From the human T2T-CHM13v2.0 reference genome, Homo sapiens: a stretch of DNA of 64,000 nt. Of this stretch, positions 34,640 to 51,049 are shown in pieces. A model generated the notes under the pieces. It had not been told where the DNA came from. It saw only the letters and a program-made list of their open reading frames with translations, and did not search any database. Where the stretch lies: NCBI RefSeq assembly GCF_009914755.1, contig NC_060941.1; one strand, 5' to 3'. Numbering within the stretch: the first letter of the stretch is position 1; every line of letters starts with the position of its first letter. The translations under genes were made by a program, and so were the position numbers.

Positions 34640-35700
34640 CTCCCACAGCCCCTCCGTGTCCTCCGCCTACTGCTGCATGTGCGCGGAGCACACAATACCG
34701 TGCCGCCCAGCCTCCGCGCCTCTCTCCAGAAACAAAGAAACTCCCAACTTCTCCCTCTGGCTCGCGCTGGCACCCTCTCGGCTGGCAACGCCGCCGTCCG
34801 GACCATCGCCACCCATCGCCACGCTGTGCCTGGCCCCCGCAGACCCTCTCCCTGGCCTCAGGGCTACTACGTCTGCGGGCACAGCTCGTCGCCGTCTCTC
34901 CCTAACAGCCCCTCCAGGAAGTTCTCTCACACTAGCCCACCAATTCCCCACCGATCCTCGGGGCCACCTGGACCCCTCCAGCCTGGTCCTTCCATTTGCA
35001 AGCGGCCCTGCTCTGAGCAGCCCCCAGGTTTCAACTCTAGGCTGGATGCCGCCAAAACGAAGGGGGAATTCAGGTCCAGCCGCTCGCCCACCCTCCTTCC
35101 CTGCGGCCCTCTAACCTCCCCGGCCACATCTAAGCCCACTCCAGCCGGCCCCCAGAGGTGGGAGGGTCCGCCACCTCCCACAGCGAGCACCTGGGTTACC
35201 ATAGGTGCAGTTACAGCAGAAGCGAATAATGAGGAGAATCTCCATGGCAGCCTCTGTCCCCGCGGCGGGAGCGTGCAGCCATCGCTCCAGGCTCCCCGGC
35301 GCCCACCAGCAGCCCGGCCACTCAGCCACCTTGCTGATGCTGCCGCACGGACTCCAGCATCGGGCAGCCGCTCCGGAGTGCTCTTCCAGCAAGGGGGAGG
35401 GGAGGGAGGCGCGTGGCGAGGAGAGGAGGGAAGGGGAAGGGGAGGAGGGGTAGGGAGGGAGGGAGCCAGCAGCCTGCTGGCATCCTAAAGAGGAGCACGT
35501 TTGTAGCTGGCTGGCTGCCTGGGCACGAGGCTAGAGTCCTCGCGTGCGCGCACACGCGCACTCAGCTCACACTCACACGCGCTCACACACGCTCACGCTC
35601 ACACGCGCTCACACACACGCACACACAAGGGGAAGGGCGCCGCGTTCACGCAGCCTGTTGCCTGCACAGCCAGACAAAGGTAGGTGCCTGTAATCCAGCC
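34640..35700 (-). promoter_or_regulatory. CpG-rich internal promoter/5'UTR region for the short ABR isoform
   Basis: High CpG density without Alus; GA-rich tract 35390-35465; mixed CA/CG repeat 35540-35627; sits around the alternative ATG exon. Confidence 0.65.
35200..35245 (-). CDS. ABR: Alternative first coding exon of a short ABR isoform, MEILLIIRFCCNCTY(A), phase 1 into exon 7
   Basis: gctgccATGG Kozak at 35245; TATG|gtaacc donor at 35200; G+CT gives Ala, then LLYKPID in exon 7; CpG-rich context. Confidence 0.8.
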
Positions 35701-35715
35701 CGCTCCCCGAGGTAC

Positions 35716-35776
35716 CTTCCATGGTGACAGACGTGTGGCTGTCCTTGGAGTCCTTGGGACCTTTCACTTTGAGTTC
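35716..35776 (-). CDS. ABR: ABR exon ~6 (61 nt, 0-1), ELKVKGPKDSKDSHTSVTME
   Basis: gcag|GAACTC and AAG|gtacct; translated by hand; phase fits exons 5 and 7. Confidence 0.95.
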
Positions 35777-35891
35777 CTGCCAAAGGGAGGAGAGGAGTCA
35801 TGGCCTGTTCTGTCCCTCACCTCTCCCAGCCCCCACTGTGAGCCTGGCAAGAAGGGGAGTTCTGAAACTCAGGGTGTACATATGAGAACAG

Positions 35892-36566
<675 letters not shown>

Positions 36567-36900
36567 CTACCCCCATCAGAGAGCACTTACTCAGCCCCCA
36601 GCACCCCCGACACTCCCCACCCACCACTGCCCATGCTGGGGGTCCGAGAGGAAGCTTCGAGGGAGGAACAGCCAATGCCCCTCCTGGATCCCAAGCCAGG
36701 CAGCAGGTAGTGAGTACTGGAAAGACCCCCGGGATGACTCATCTGCTCCAAGCCTCTTTATCCTCCTTTAGAGACGTTCCAGCCCCAGCTTTTGCTAACA
36801 GGACAGTGCAGCCTGCAACTGGAGCTGTAATACCATCCCCACTTGGCAGACGGAGCACACGGAGCCTCAAAGAGGGGTGTGGGAGGGAAGGCAGGAGGCA

Positions 36901-37013
36901 AGGTGAGGCCACGGTCAGGTGCCCAGGTGATGAGGCCAGGGTCAGGTGCCCAGGTGATGAGGCCAAGGTCAGCTGCCCAGGTGATGAGGCCAAGGTCAGC
37001 TGCCGAGGTGATG
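36901..37013. repeat. 27-bp minisatellite x~4
   Basis: CCCAGGTGATGAGGCCAAGGTCAGCTG. Confidence 0.92.
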
Positions 37014-37614
37014 CCACCTGCTTGGTCTGCAGGGGAGGAAGCGCTCAGACAGCAGGAACTTCCTACTTCTGTCTCAAGCTGTTTCTAGACAGAGAAAACT
37101 CCTGGAGATGGAGCTTGGGTGTGTGTATATTTTGGGGGGCGGGGGGGTGGGGGATACTCAGCGTCCCCAGCCTGTGTCTCTGGCTGGTGCCTGGACTCCC
37201 AGATTTCGGGAATGTTTCCTCACGCCCCCTCCAGTGAAGTCTAGGGTATGAAATCACTCCTGCTGCAGAGAGGAGCCTAATTGCAGTAATTAAGTGGCAG
37301 CCTCAGCAGGAAGCAAGCACGTCATCGAGTGAGTCAGGATGAGAAGCCACCTGGCAGAAAGCCAGGGGCCTGGCTCTGCCCTCCAGGGTGGGCAGGCTGT
37401 GAGGGGCTTATGGTTGGGTGTGGGGGTTTCTGCCTAGGCACAGAGAACAGGCAATCAGCCCAGGCCAAGAGAAGACCCCACACTCTCTGCACCATGTCTG
37501 ACCCCGGGATCTTGGGCGGCCTTGGCAGGGCTGATCTGAACACAGACCAGGGGAGTCCAGGTAGTTCCTGGGTTGGGCTGGAAACCGCAGGGAAAGCACC
37601 ATTTCTCCAGCCCC

Positions 37615-38256
<642 letters not shown>

Positions 38257-38767
38257 TAGGTACGTTTCATTCCAGAGGCGAAGTGTCAGCAAGCCCACTG
38301 TGGCTACAGATCCAAATCCACATTTTCCAAGCTGCATTTTTTTAACAGTAATGAAGGTGACATGTTCATCTCCAACTGTCAGCTTCTCTGCTGCCTCTCG
38401 GTGGATTCTAAACGTGGGCATCGACCGTCACCCCTGAAGTTTCAGGAAAACTACCCTGCGTTTCCCCAACTCTTCTAGCGTTAGAGCTGAGACGGGAACA
38501 CAAAGGGCCAAGAGGGGCCTTTACGGCAGGACTCCCAAAACTGCAGAAGCTTCTCCCCTTTTCTAGGATGGAGGTTCTCTTGCCCTGAGCTGGGGGCTGT
38601 TCCTCTCAGGCCAGTGCTTCAGGGGTGCCACTGAGGTCTTTTTGGACAAAGGGATGAACTGGGCTCTGTCCTGAAGGATCCTAAGCAACTGTCCCTCCAT
38701 GCCACCTCTTAGGTAGAAATGTTGATGGCAGATAGGACTGCACCTCTGCCCTGTGGAGGAGTGCGGG

Positions 38768-38946
38768 AGGAAGGCTGGGCCTCAGGAGCAGAAGCACGCG
38801 TGTTCCCAGCCAGGAAGGCTGGGCCTCAGGAGCAGAAGCACGTGTGCTCCCGGCCAGGTAGGCTGGGCCTCAGGAGCAGAAGCACGCGTGTTCCTGGCCA
38901 GGAAGGCTGGGCCTCAGGAGCAGAAGCACGCGTGTTCCCGGCCAGG
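38768..38946. repeat. 44-bp minisatellite x4
   Basis: AGGAAGGCTGGGCCTCAGGAGCAGAAGCACGCGTGTTCCCGGCC. Confidence 0.93.
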
Positions 38947-39059
38947 GATTCTAAGGCTCCTTCTCCACATAAGTGGCTCTTACCCTTTTTGTGTTTATGG
39001 GATGGCAGTCTTAGAGTTGGCAAGAACCTTAAAAGACGACCTATAGTCCAAATTTCCTC

Positions 39060-39205
39060 AAGACTTCCCTGTCATAAATATTACCCAGAAGCTTGTTCAA
39101 ATATAGAATCTTGGGCCCCACGCAAAGCCTTCTGAATCAGAAGCTCCGGGGAAGGTGCCAGGAAATCTGTGTTTTAAACAATGCCCCAGTGATTCTTATC
39201 AAGCA
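39060..39205. mobile_element. MER5-like fragment
   Basis: cttgttcaaatatag..gggcccca..tctgaatcagaa..ggaaatctgtgttttaaac..gtgattct. Confidence 0.6.
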
Positions 39206-39227
39206 AGGTCAGGATTAGCTGGCCAAG

Positions 39228-39552
<325 letters not shown>

Positions 39553-39895
39553 CTACCGGACAGGACATAAAAGCCAAGAGGGGGGACGTGACTTGCTCAA
39601 GGTCACCATAGTGTGGTGTGGGAGAACACTGCCTTGGATTTTTTTTTTTTTTTTTTTTTTTTGCCTCCCCTGTTCCTCTCTCTAATCTGAAAGAGAATAA
39701 TAAAAAAATAAATAAAATAGATCGTTTTCTATTAAGAGGGAAAATGTCAGGTGCAAGAAAGCAAATATCAGGCTAAGTGTTACCCATTAGAGTAACCACT
39801 TCACCGACTGGCAAGCGAGGGAGGGGAGACCAAGGGCTCTGAGCAGCCCCCAAAGCTCCTTGTCCCTCAGGGTGGCTATGTGGGGAGCGGCCTAC

Positions 39896-40003
39896 CTCTG
39901 AGATCTTCTGGAACTGGTTGTTGGACTGGCTGCACTTCTCAGCTGTCTCCAGAGCGACTTTATAGTTATCGACAAACGCTTTGTACACACCGAGCTGGCT
40001 GGC
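39896..40003 (-). CDS. ABR: ABR exon ~5 (108 nt, 0-0), [14 protein letters not shown]...QFQKISE
   Basis: cag|GCCAGC and GAG|gtaggc; peptide is in ORF 39773..39988. Confidence 0.97.
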
Positions 40004-40487
40004 CTGCAGGGAGGAGTCAGGGAACAGAGGGAGAGGAGGGTGGGAGGGGAGAGGATTAATGAATGGATGAAAGCTTCACGGAGCACCGGGAGCTCCCCTG
40101 CACTGAAAACCTCTCACTCAGCTCGTTGGGAACTTGGGGAAACGCAGGGATGAACATATTACAGTGTCCCTTTGAACTGGACAGTTTCCATGGAAACCAG
40201 CTCAGCCAATAAGGTTAATGAGGGGGTCTGGGGTTGGGGAGACCAGGCTAGGGCCTTTGTTGGCCTGCTAGAAATTCAACTCTTCACAGCATCCAGCTTT
40301 CCTCAGCACGGTGAAGGTCTCCCAGGGTTTGAAATCCCTTAATGTCTCATACTTCCTTCACATCCTGGAATTAGCCGGAGCAGGGAGAGAGGGGGGTGTG
40401 TGTGCTGGGGGGAGCTGGCACGTGTGGCCTGCTCAGGCCTCCCTCCCCACGTGCAGCGTGGGGAACGACATTTAAAGGTGCTGTCTT

Positions 40488-40775
<288 letters not shown>

Positions 40776-41064
40776 GAAGATGCTGTCTTTCCATTTCCCT
40801 TGGCCTTGAGGCCCCGTCCTCACCTCTTCCACCTCCTCTACCTCCAAGGAGCCAAAGCCCCAGCCTCACTACACGTTTGCCTGTCACTCACACAGTCACA
40901 ACCTGAGTCACAACCACACAGAGCCTCGCCTCTTCTGAGAGGCAGGGCAGACCCCATCGCCCCTTTCTGCAAAAGGGGAAACCGAGGCTCCATAAGTCAA
41001 TTCCCCAAATATTTATGGAAAGGCTTCGCTGCGCTGTATATAAGCACTTCCTCTTAAGGGACCA

Positions 41065-41885
<821 letters not shown>

Positions 41886-41967
41886 GCCTATTTTCAGTTG
41901 AACTAATAACAGTGTGGATAGGCACAGCCCATCGATTGCTTAGCAAATCCACTTTTACATACAAACT

Positions 41968-42603
<636 letters not shown>

Positions 42604-42877
42604 CTCTGGAGCAAATGGCCTATGTGTGTGCCCCAGGGGACTCAAGGGTGTTCACCATCTCACTTTTCCTCCTCATAGTGGAGGGACTGGTAACAAATGC
42701 TCACAAACGGGGGAAGCCGCGCACACAGCCATGAACATGGATGCACCCGATTTACACATAGCATTGCTGACAAGCTCCAAAACGAACATGGGTTGAACTG
42801 TAAAATACGATTGCTGACAAGCTCCAAAACGAACATGGGTTGAACTGTAAAATATGATATATGTGTATACTTATACA

Positions 42878-43310
42878 CTTTTTTTTTTTTTTTTGAGATG
42901 GAGTCTCGCTCTGTCAACCAGGCCGGAGTGCACTGGCACGATCTTGGCTCACTGCAAACTCCGCCTCCTGGGTTCAAGTGATTCTCCTGCCTCAGCCTCC
43001 TGACTAACTGGGACTACAGGCACGCACCACCACACCCGGCTAGTTTTTGTATTTTTAGTAGAGACAGGGTTTCGTCATATTGGTCAGGCTGGTCTTGAAC
43101 TCGTGACCTCAGGTGATCCACCCGCCTCCGCCTCCCAAAGTGTTGGGATTACGGGCGTGAGCCACCACGCCTGGCTTAGACACATTTTTAAAGTACATGC
43201 AGCTGGGAGCTGTGGTACACACACCTATAGCCCTCGCTACTTGGGAGACTGAGGTGGGAGGATCACTTGAGCCCGAGTTCAAGTCCAGCCTGGACAACAT
43301 AGCAAGACCT
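42878..43310. mobile_element. Alu (-, 42878-43175) and Alu monomer (+, 43203-43310)
   Basis: Alu consensus. Confidence 0.9.
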
Positions 43311-43877
43311 TTTTTTTTTTTTAAAGTACAGGCCAACCCAAAATAGATACAGATATGTAGTAAACACACAAACTGCAGTCTGGAAGGCTATCCACCAAAT
43401 TCATGCCAGTAGCTGCTTCAAGAGGGAGGAGGGAGGGGAGACTCCACCTTCATGTGTGACGCTGTATTTTCTTCATTAGAAGGTTCTGCTGTTATTCTTT
43501 GGAGTTTCTGGTTTAAATGTTTTTCAATACAGCAGCAAGGGGGATACAGCTGCTGCCTGGCTTCCTCAGGGGCCTCTGCTTCCCACCAAGGTGCTGGGGG
43601 AAGTGGGCTGCTGTGGACCCCCACCCCGGACCACTCTGCTTTCTGCAGGATCCTCATGCTCCCCAAGGACCCAGAGAGGCTGGGGTGGGGGTAGGGGTGG
43701 GGGCAGGCTGGCCGCAGCATCGGCTGAGCCTGGAGCCTCCCAGTACAGAGGCAGAGCCCTTTGAGGAAGCTGGTGGGGCAGGGGAGCGGGGGGCATCTGG
43801 AAAAGCCAGAGGGGAGCGCGAGTGGGGACGCCCGGCGTGACGCCAAGGCCAGAGGCATTCAGGTCTCAGCTGCAGAA

Positions 43878-43980
43878 GGGCAGGACTTTAAAAGGGGGCA
43901 GGGCCGGACTTTTAAAAGAGGGCGGGGCCTGAGTTTTAAAGGGGGTGGGGCCTGACCTTAAAAGGGGGCGGGGCCGGACG
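43878..43980 (+). promoter_or_regulatory. Array of ~4.5 x 23-24 bp units, each a GC-box plus TTTAAA
   Basis: GGGGCGGGGCC/GGGGTGGGGCC alternating with (T)TTTAAA(A). Confidence 0.4.
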
Positions 43981-44827
43981 GGAGGGAGTTTATTTCCTTT
44001 TCCAGGGAGTACTGAGGCCCGGCCCATCAATGCCCACGCTACACGAGGCATACTAGACAGTCGCTGCCTAAGCCGAAGTCAGATCACCGATATTCTTCCA
44101 GGAAAAGGCTCCTCTTGCCCCCTTTCCCACAAGAAGGAGAAAGCCTGGAGGCCCGGGTTGGCACACCACCCTCCCAGGAGCCAGGGGCAGGAGCCAGCCG
44201 TGCGGAGGCCTGCGTCCAGGGTCACGGTAATCTCAGGGACTGCCGCTGCCACAGTCACCCCAGGCTGTAGGGCCCGAGGCCTGGCTTGGCAGGTTCATTA
44301 ACTGGGAAGTGCAGGTTGCCTGGAAACAGCAGCCTGGCACTGGAGTGATCTCATAAAACAAACAGCAGAGACGCTAATTCCCTTCTCTCAGTAACGAATA
44401 ATCAAATACCCAGAGTCTTCGGCTGAAAATAAACCACCTCCGGATGCCAGACCTGACCCGGCTCCCCCCGGGCCCTCCCAAATCTGCAGCCCCAGGGGCC
44501 TCAGGCATCGGTTCACGATGCTGGGGAGGGAAAGTGGTGGGTAGCAGATTCACGGCCAGGCCTGTGGAGCCAAGACCAGAACCGGGGACAGCCAGGTCCA
44601 AGTGACAAAGATAAACTGTGACAGCGTTTCCAGCAACCCTAGGTTTGCTCTCCTCTACCCTCCTGAGGGATGAGGAGAGGATGCCCCCCAGGCCACTCAG
44701 CTCAGGTGAGCAGGCAGTGATGACAGGTGTTCACCATCCCTGAACCGGAGGGAGCAGGGGTGGGTATGCTAGAACCAGAGTGTGGCATTCCCTTGGAAGG
44801 ATACCTTCCAGGGTGCCTCTTCCCAAT

Positions 44828-44828
<1 letters not shown>

Positions 44829-44859
<31 letters not shown>
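44829..44859. repeat. (TAA)n trinucleotide microsatellite, ~10 copies
   Basis: Direct inspection. Confidence 0.95.
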
Positions 44860-44860
<1 letters not shown>

Positions 44861-44876
44861 GCACTGATGATAATGA

Positions 44877-45700
<824 letters not shown>

Positions 45701-46027
45701 CATGCAGTTTTCAGATATTAACTCCTCAAAATCACCCAATGAGGTAAATACTGTTACTATCCTGTTTTTTACAGATGAGGAAGCTGATTCAGAGCGGTTG
45801 GGTAAGTTGCCCAGTTGCAGGTTTAATCTGGCAGCGCTGGGATTCAAGCCCACTTTGTGACACGGCTCTAGAAGCTGTGCTGGAGAAACAGGACTCTCAG
45901 GACAGAAATCTCAGGCCCTGCAACGTCTCCCTCCATGCCCTTCCGAGTTCTCCCGAGGCCCAGTGGTCAAGGTCACGGTGCATTCACTCATTCAAGCAGT
46001 GACCACTGGGCTGGTTCTGGGAGTCTA

Positions 46028-46336
<309 letters not shown>

Positions 46337-47640
46337 GGAAATGCAGTCCGTCCTCCTGGAACTTGTGGTTTGGGGGAGGCAGGCAGTTACTAGTGCTCAC
46401 TACGAGGACTGGCACAAGGCCTGCATTTGGCGACTTGGAAAGCCTTCTTGGAGGAGGTCCCTTCTAAGCTGGGAACTGACCAGGGGAGGCCAGACGAGAG
46501 GGGGAAGGACGTTTCAGGCACACGGGGCCTCAAGTACCAAGAGTTAAGAAAGTGCCTGCCCTGGGAACTGAGAACAGAAAGTCCAGTGTCAGGAGCACAG
46601 AGGTGCGGGGAGGAAGCTGCCAAGGCTGGGGCTGGACACGGGTCAGTGTGCAAAGGGTCTCTCGAGCCATTCCTCGGAGCCTGACCTTCATCCGAGGGCC
46701 GTGGGGATCCGCTGAAGGGGCCGTCGAGGTTTCAGTGACTCTCTCCCCTCTAAGGAGAGGTGGGGGTGGGAGGTGAGTGGGCCTGGAGGCAGGAGCCACA
46801 CAGGAGGATACGCAGCTGTCCAGGTGAGGGCCATGGGTGGCCAAGAAGAGGAAAAGGCGGCTGTGAGCAACGGCCAAAAAGTGGAGTCCACAGGACAGGT
46901 GGGGGAGGGGGTGCAGCCAGAAAGAGTCTGAAGCACTCGGTGAGGTAAAGACAGGAAGCGGAGCAGGTGACGCCGGAGGCAGGGAGCTCAGCTCTGAACA
47001 CACTCAGCTAGAGGTCCTAGGAGTGTCCAGGCAGGAGAGGGAGAGTCTTCTCCAGCGTGAGAAAGGCAGAGCCCTGTCCATTCAGCCAGAACACGGCAGG
47101 GGAGGGGAGGAGGCCTCCAGCCTCTCACACCCAGAGAACAGGGCAGGAAGGAGGAGAAGGTCCTCTGGCCACTCACACCCAGAGAAGAACCGCGGCCTGG
47201 ACTCCCAGTCTCCCTCTTGCCTGCTGGGCGGTCAGACGTTACGTAGCAGAGGTGGGGAGGGAGCTCCATGAGTCTGACCTGGGGGTCCTCCAGGGGACAC
47301 AGCCAGAGATGGGGCAGAGCTGGGGGAGAGGGTGTCACAGAAGCACAGGGAACCAGAAGACTTCTGTGAACGTTTCCCAACACGAGGTCTGCATGTTAAC
47401 CCACCCACTCCTGCCGCTCCCGACCCTGCAGTGGTGAGCAGGGCTGGGCTTCAGTGCTTCCTGCTCTTGGGACCTCAGGAGAGGATCATCGGCCAGTGTG
47501 CCCAACTGCTTCCTTTTACAGACCCGAGGTCTCAGGGGAGCAGTCCTCATGCCCCTAACCCGGCATGTGCCCCTCTGTTCACTGAGGGACAGGAGACTGA
47601 AGCCCAGCAAGAAGCCTTCATTCCAGGGCTGGTTCCTCAG

Positions 47641-47727
47641 AGCACCCTCCGGGAGAGAGAGGGAGCACCGTCCGGGAAAGACGGAGCACCCTCCGGGAGG
47701 GAGAAGGAGCACCCTCCGGGAGAGAGA
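47641..47727. repeat. ~21-23 bp degenerate repeat x4 (GGAGCACCCTCCGGGAGAGA)
   Basis: Direct inspection. Confidence 0.85.
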
Positions 47728-48030
47728 TGGTGCTCCCACAGAAGTGCCCATCCACACAGCCCATCTCCACCACCCCTGGAAGGACCTATCCACACAGCCT
47801 GTCTCCACCACCCCAGAAGCTCCCAGGGCTGCACCAGGGGAGGCCTAGAGTCAAGGCCCCGGCCCCAGGCACCCCATAACACACAGGCCCAGGCCTTCCT
47901 CCCGGACTCGGAGAGGTCTCAGGCCTTCAAGGAGTCCGAGAGGGCTGCCCGGTCCTCTCCTGAGGCTCCTGCAACACTATGGGCTCCACTGAGGCCCTGC
48001 GTGAGGACCCTCCATCCCTGGCAGACTCAC

Positions 48031-48216
48031 CAGCTTCTGGAAGAGGTGGCCCATGGTGACCTGGCTGTCCCACTGTTGCACCTTGGGGCACAGGTTGTCA
48101 TAGAACTCCTTGTGGATCTCATAGATGTCCTGGATCTTGTAGAAGATGGTCTCGATCTGCTGGATGGTGAGCACGGGCTGGGAGGTGGTGGCGGTGGCCT
48201 TCAGGGGTTTCATGGG
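48031..48216 (-). CDS. ABR: ABR exon ~4 (186 nt, 0-0), [10 protein letters not shown]...GHLFQKL, DH domain
   Basis: ccag|CCCATG and CTG|gtgagt; peptide is in ORF 47977..48465. Confidence 0.97.
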
Positions 48217-49135
48217 CTGGGAGAAACAGAGGAAGAAAGAGCAGAGGTCGGGGGTAAACAAACCAGAGTGTCGGCAGGCCCCGGGGCCGATCGTTAGCCC
48301 TTCCCGCTGCCCAAGTCCTGCCCAGACAAGGCTGCCAAAGGCAGGGCACTGAAACGAGCTTTGTATCAAGGAGCCACTGCCACAGGCCCCAACAAGCCGC
48401 ACACTCGACAGCAGGAACCTGGCCTGGCAGCTGTGCCAGGCCCGAGGGGTGGTGCCTGGGCTCACTCCCCTACCACGCAGCTGAGCTCAGCAGCAGCCTG
48501 TACTGGGTTAACAGGATCCGCGTCTTTCTTCCACGATAGCCTGTGCCCCGAGTCATAAGCTCCTTGTCACACTTCAGTGGAAGGGAGGGTTGACAGGGAA
48601 CTCAAGCCTATAGCTGTTTCCTTCCAAGAAACAGAATGTGGTTCTAGGACTCAGAAGGTAGGGACCCGAAGTTACTCAAGACCAGTCTTGGCCTCACTGA
48701 TGTTCCAAGTTCCCGTCACTTGGCACAGGGAGAGGCATGGGCGTTCACGTGTCCCCCACTGCAGCCCACCCCCGTGGCAGACATTGCTAAGCGACCGTGA
48801 TGGTCCTTCCCACTGCGCATGGCAGGGGTCTCCAGTCTCAGACTCTTTCTCAATGCCTGCCTGTCTATACCAAGATGCTCCAGGGCCTGCCAGTGTAGAC
48901 GGTGAGGTGGCAGATAACACAGACCAACCCCCAGCACTGGCCGGGAGCTGATGCCATCACCTTCCAGCCTAGCAGTGGGACCGTGGGATAACGGGACGTG
49001 CAGGCATTTCCTCAGTGTGGTTCTCTGCATTTTATAAATCACCTACAATGAATGAATATGAATAATCAGAAAAAAAAAAAACCAAAGATGACCAGGCTGT
49101 ACTGCAAAGGCCCTGCAGGACACAGGGCCTGATAA

Positions 49136-49864
<729 letters not shown>

Positions 49865-50320
49865 TTAGACTTAATCTACGTTGCTCTGCAGACCCAGGAA
49901 CAGTGGGGAAAAGTTATGGGGTCAGATTCGGGCTCACTAGAGCTGTCCCCCATAGGATTAAGTAGTGAGCTTTCCGACAAGAGAAGCATTCTAGCAGAGA
50001 ATGGGTGACTCCACTGCTGAAAATGCTGCACTGAAGGGAACACCAAAGCCAGCGCCAGCTCCCTCTGAACGACGACCACCAGCTCCAGCCAACCACGGCA
50101 AACTCCCAGCCCAGCCTCACTCCAGCCTCACATCACCTCATTCTGATGAAGTCTCATCTACTCAGATATATCGCCTCACTCTGATGGAGACAGAACCCAT
50201 GTTCACTGGAAGAAGTCGTCTCATCTACTCAGACACCCAGATGGTGCTCTGCCTTCTGGCTCCTTCATCCTCCGAGCTCTAAAAAGCCCAGATCCAACAA
50301 CCCATGCAGGACAAAGCAGG

Positions 50321-50545
50321 ACCCTCCTTCTGACCCTCGCCGCGCTAGAAACAACGGCCCCTCAGTGTCCAGTCAGGACTCTCCTTCTGACCCTCGCCGT
50401 GCTAGAATCAATGGCCCCTCGGTGTCCGGTCAGGCCCCTCCTTCTGACCCTCACCGTCCTAGAACCAACGGCCCCTCTGCGTCCGGTCAGGCCTCTCCTT
50501 CTGACCCTCGCCGTCCTAGAACCAACGGCCCCTCGGTGTCTGGTC
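50321..50545. repeat. 57-bp minisatellite x4
   Basis: CTCCTTCTGACCCTCGCCGTCCTAGAACCAACGGCCCCTCGGTGTCCGGTCAGGCC. Confidence 0.93.
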
Positions 50546-50683
50546 CTTGCTAGGCAAGCGCATGGGGTTCCACCTGGTGCAGGCCAGGCAGGGTGGGCTT
50601 GAGTCGCAGCTCTGCTGTGCGCACATCACTCAGCATCCCTGGGCTTCGTGTCACCAGCAGCCTCATGTGTGAAACTGGGATAA

Positions 50684-51049
<366 letters not shown>

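Noticed and set aside
34262-35488. 408-aa plus-strand ORF
   Set aside because: Low-complexity, GC-rich ORF running through a (GT)n repeat and antisense across the CpG-rich promoter; no recognisable domain
47332-48297. 321-aa plus-strand ORF
   Set aside because: Antisense shadow of exon 4 plus GC-rich intron; GTG start, no domain
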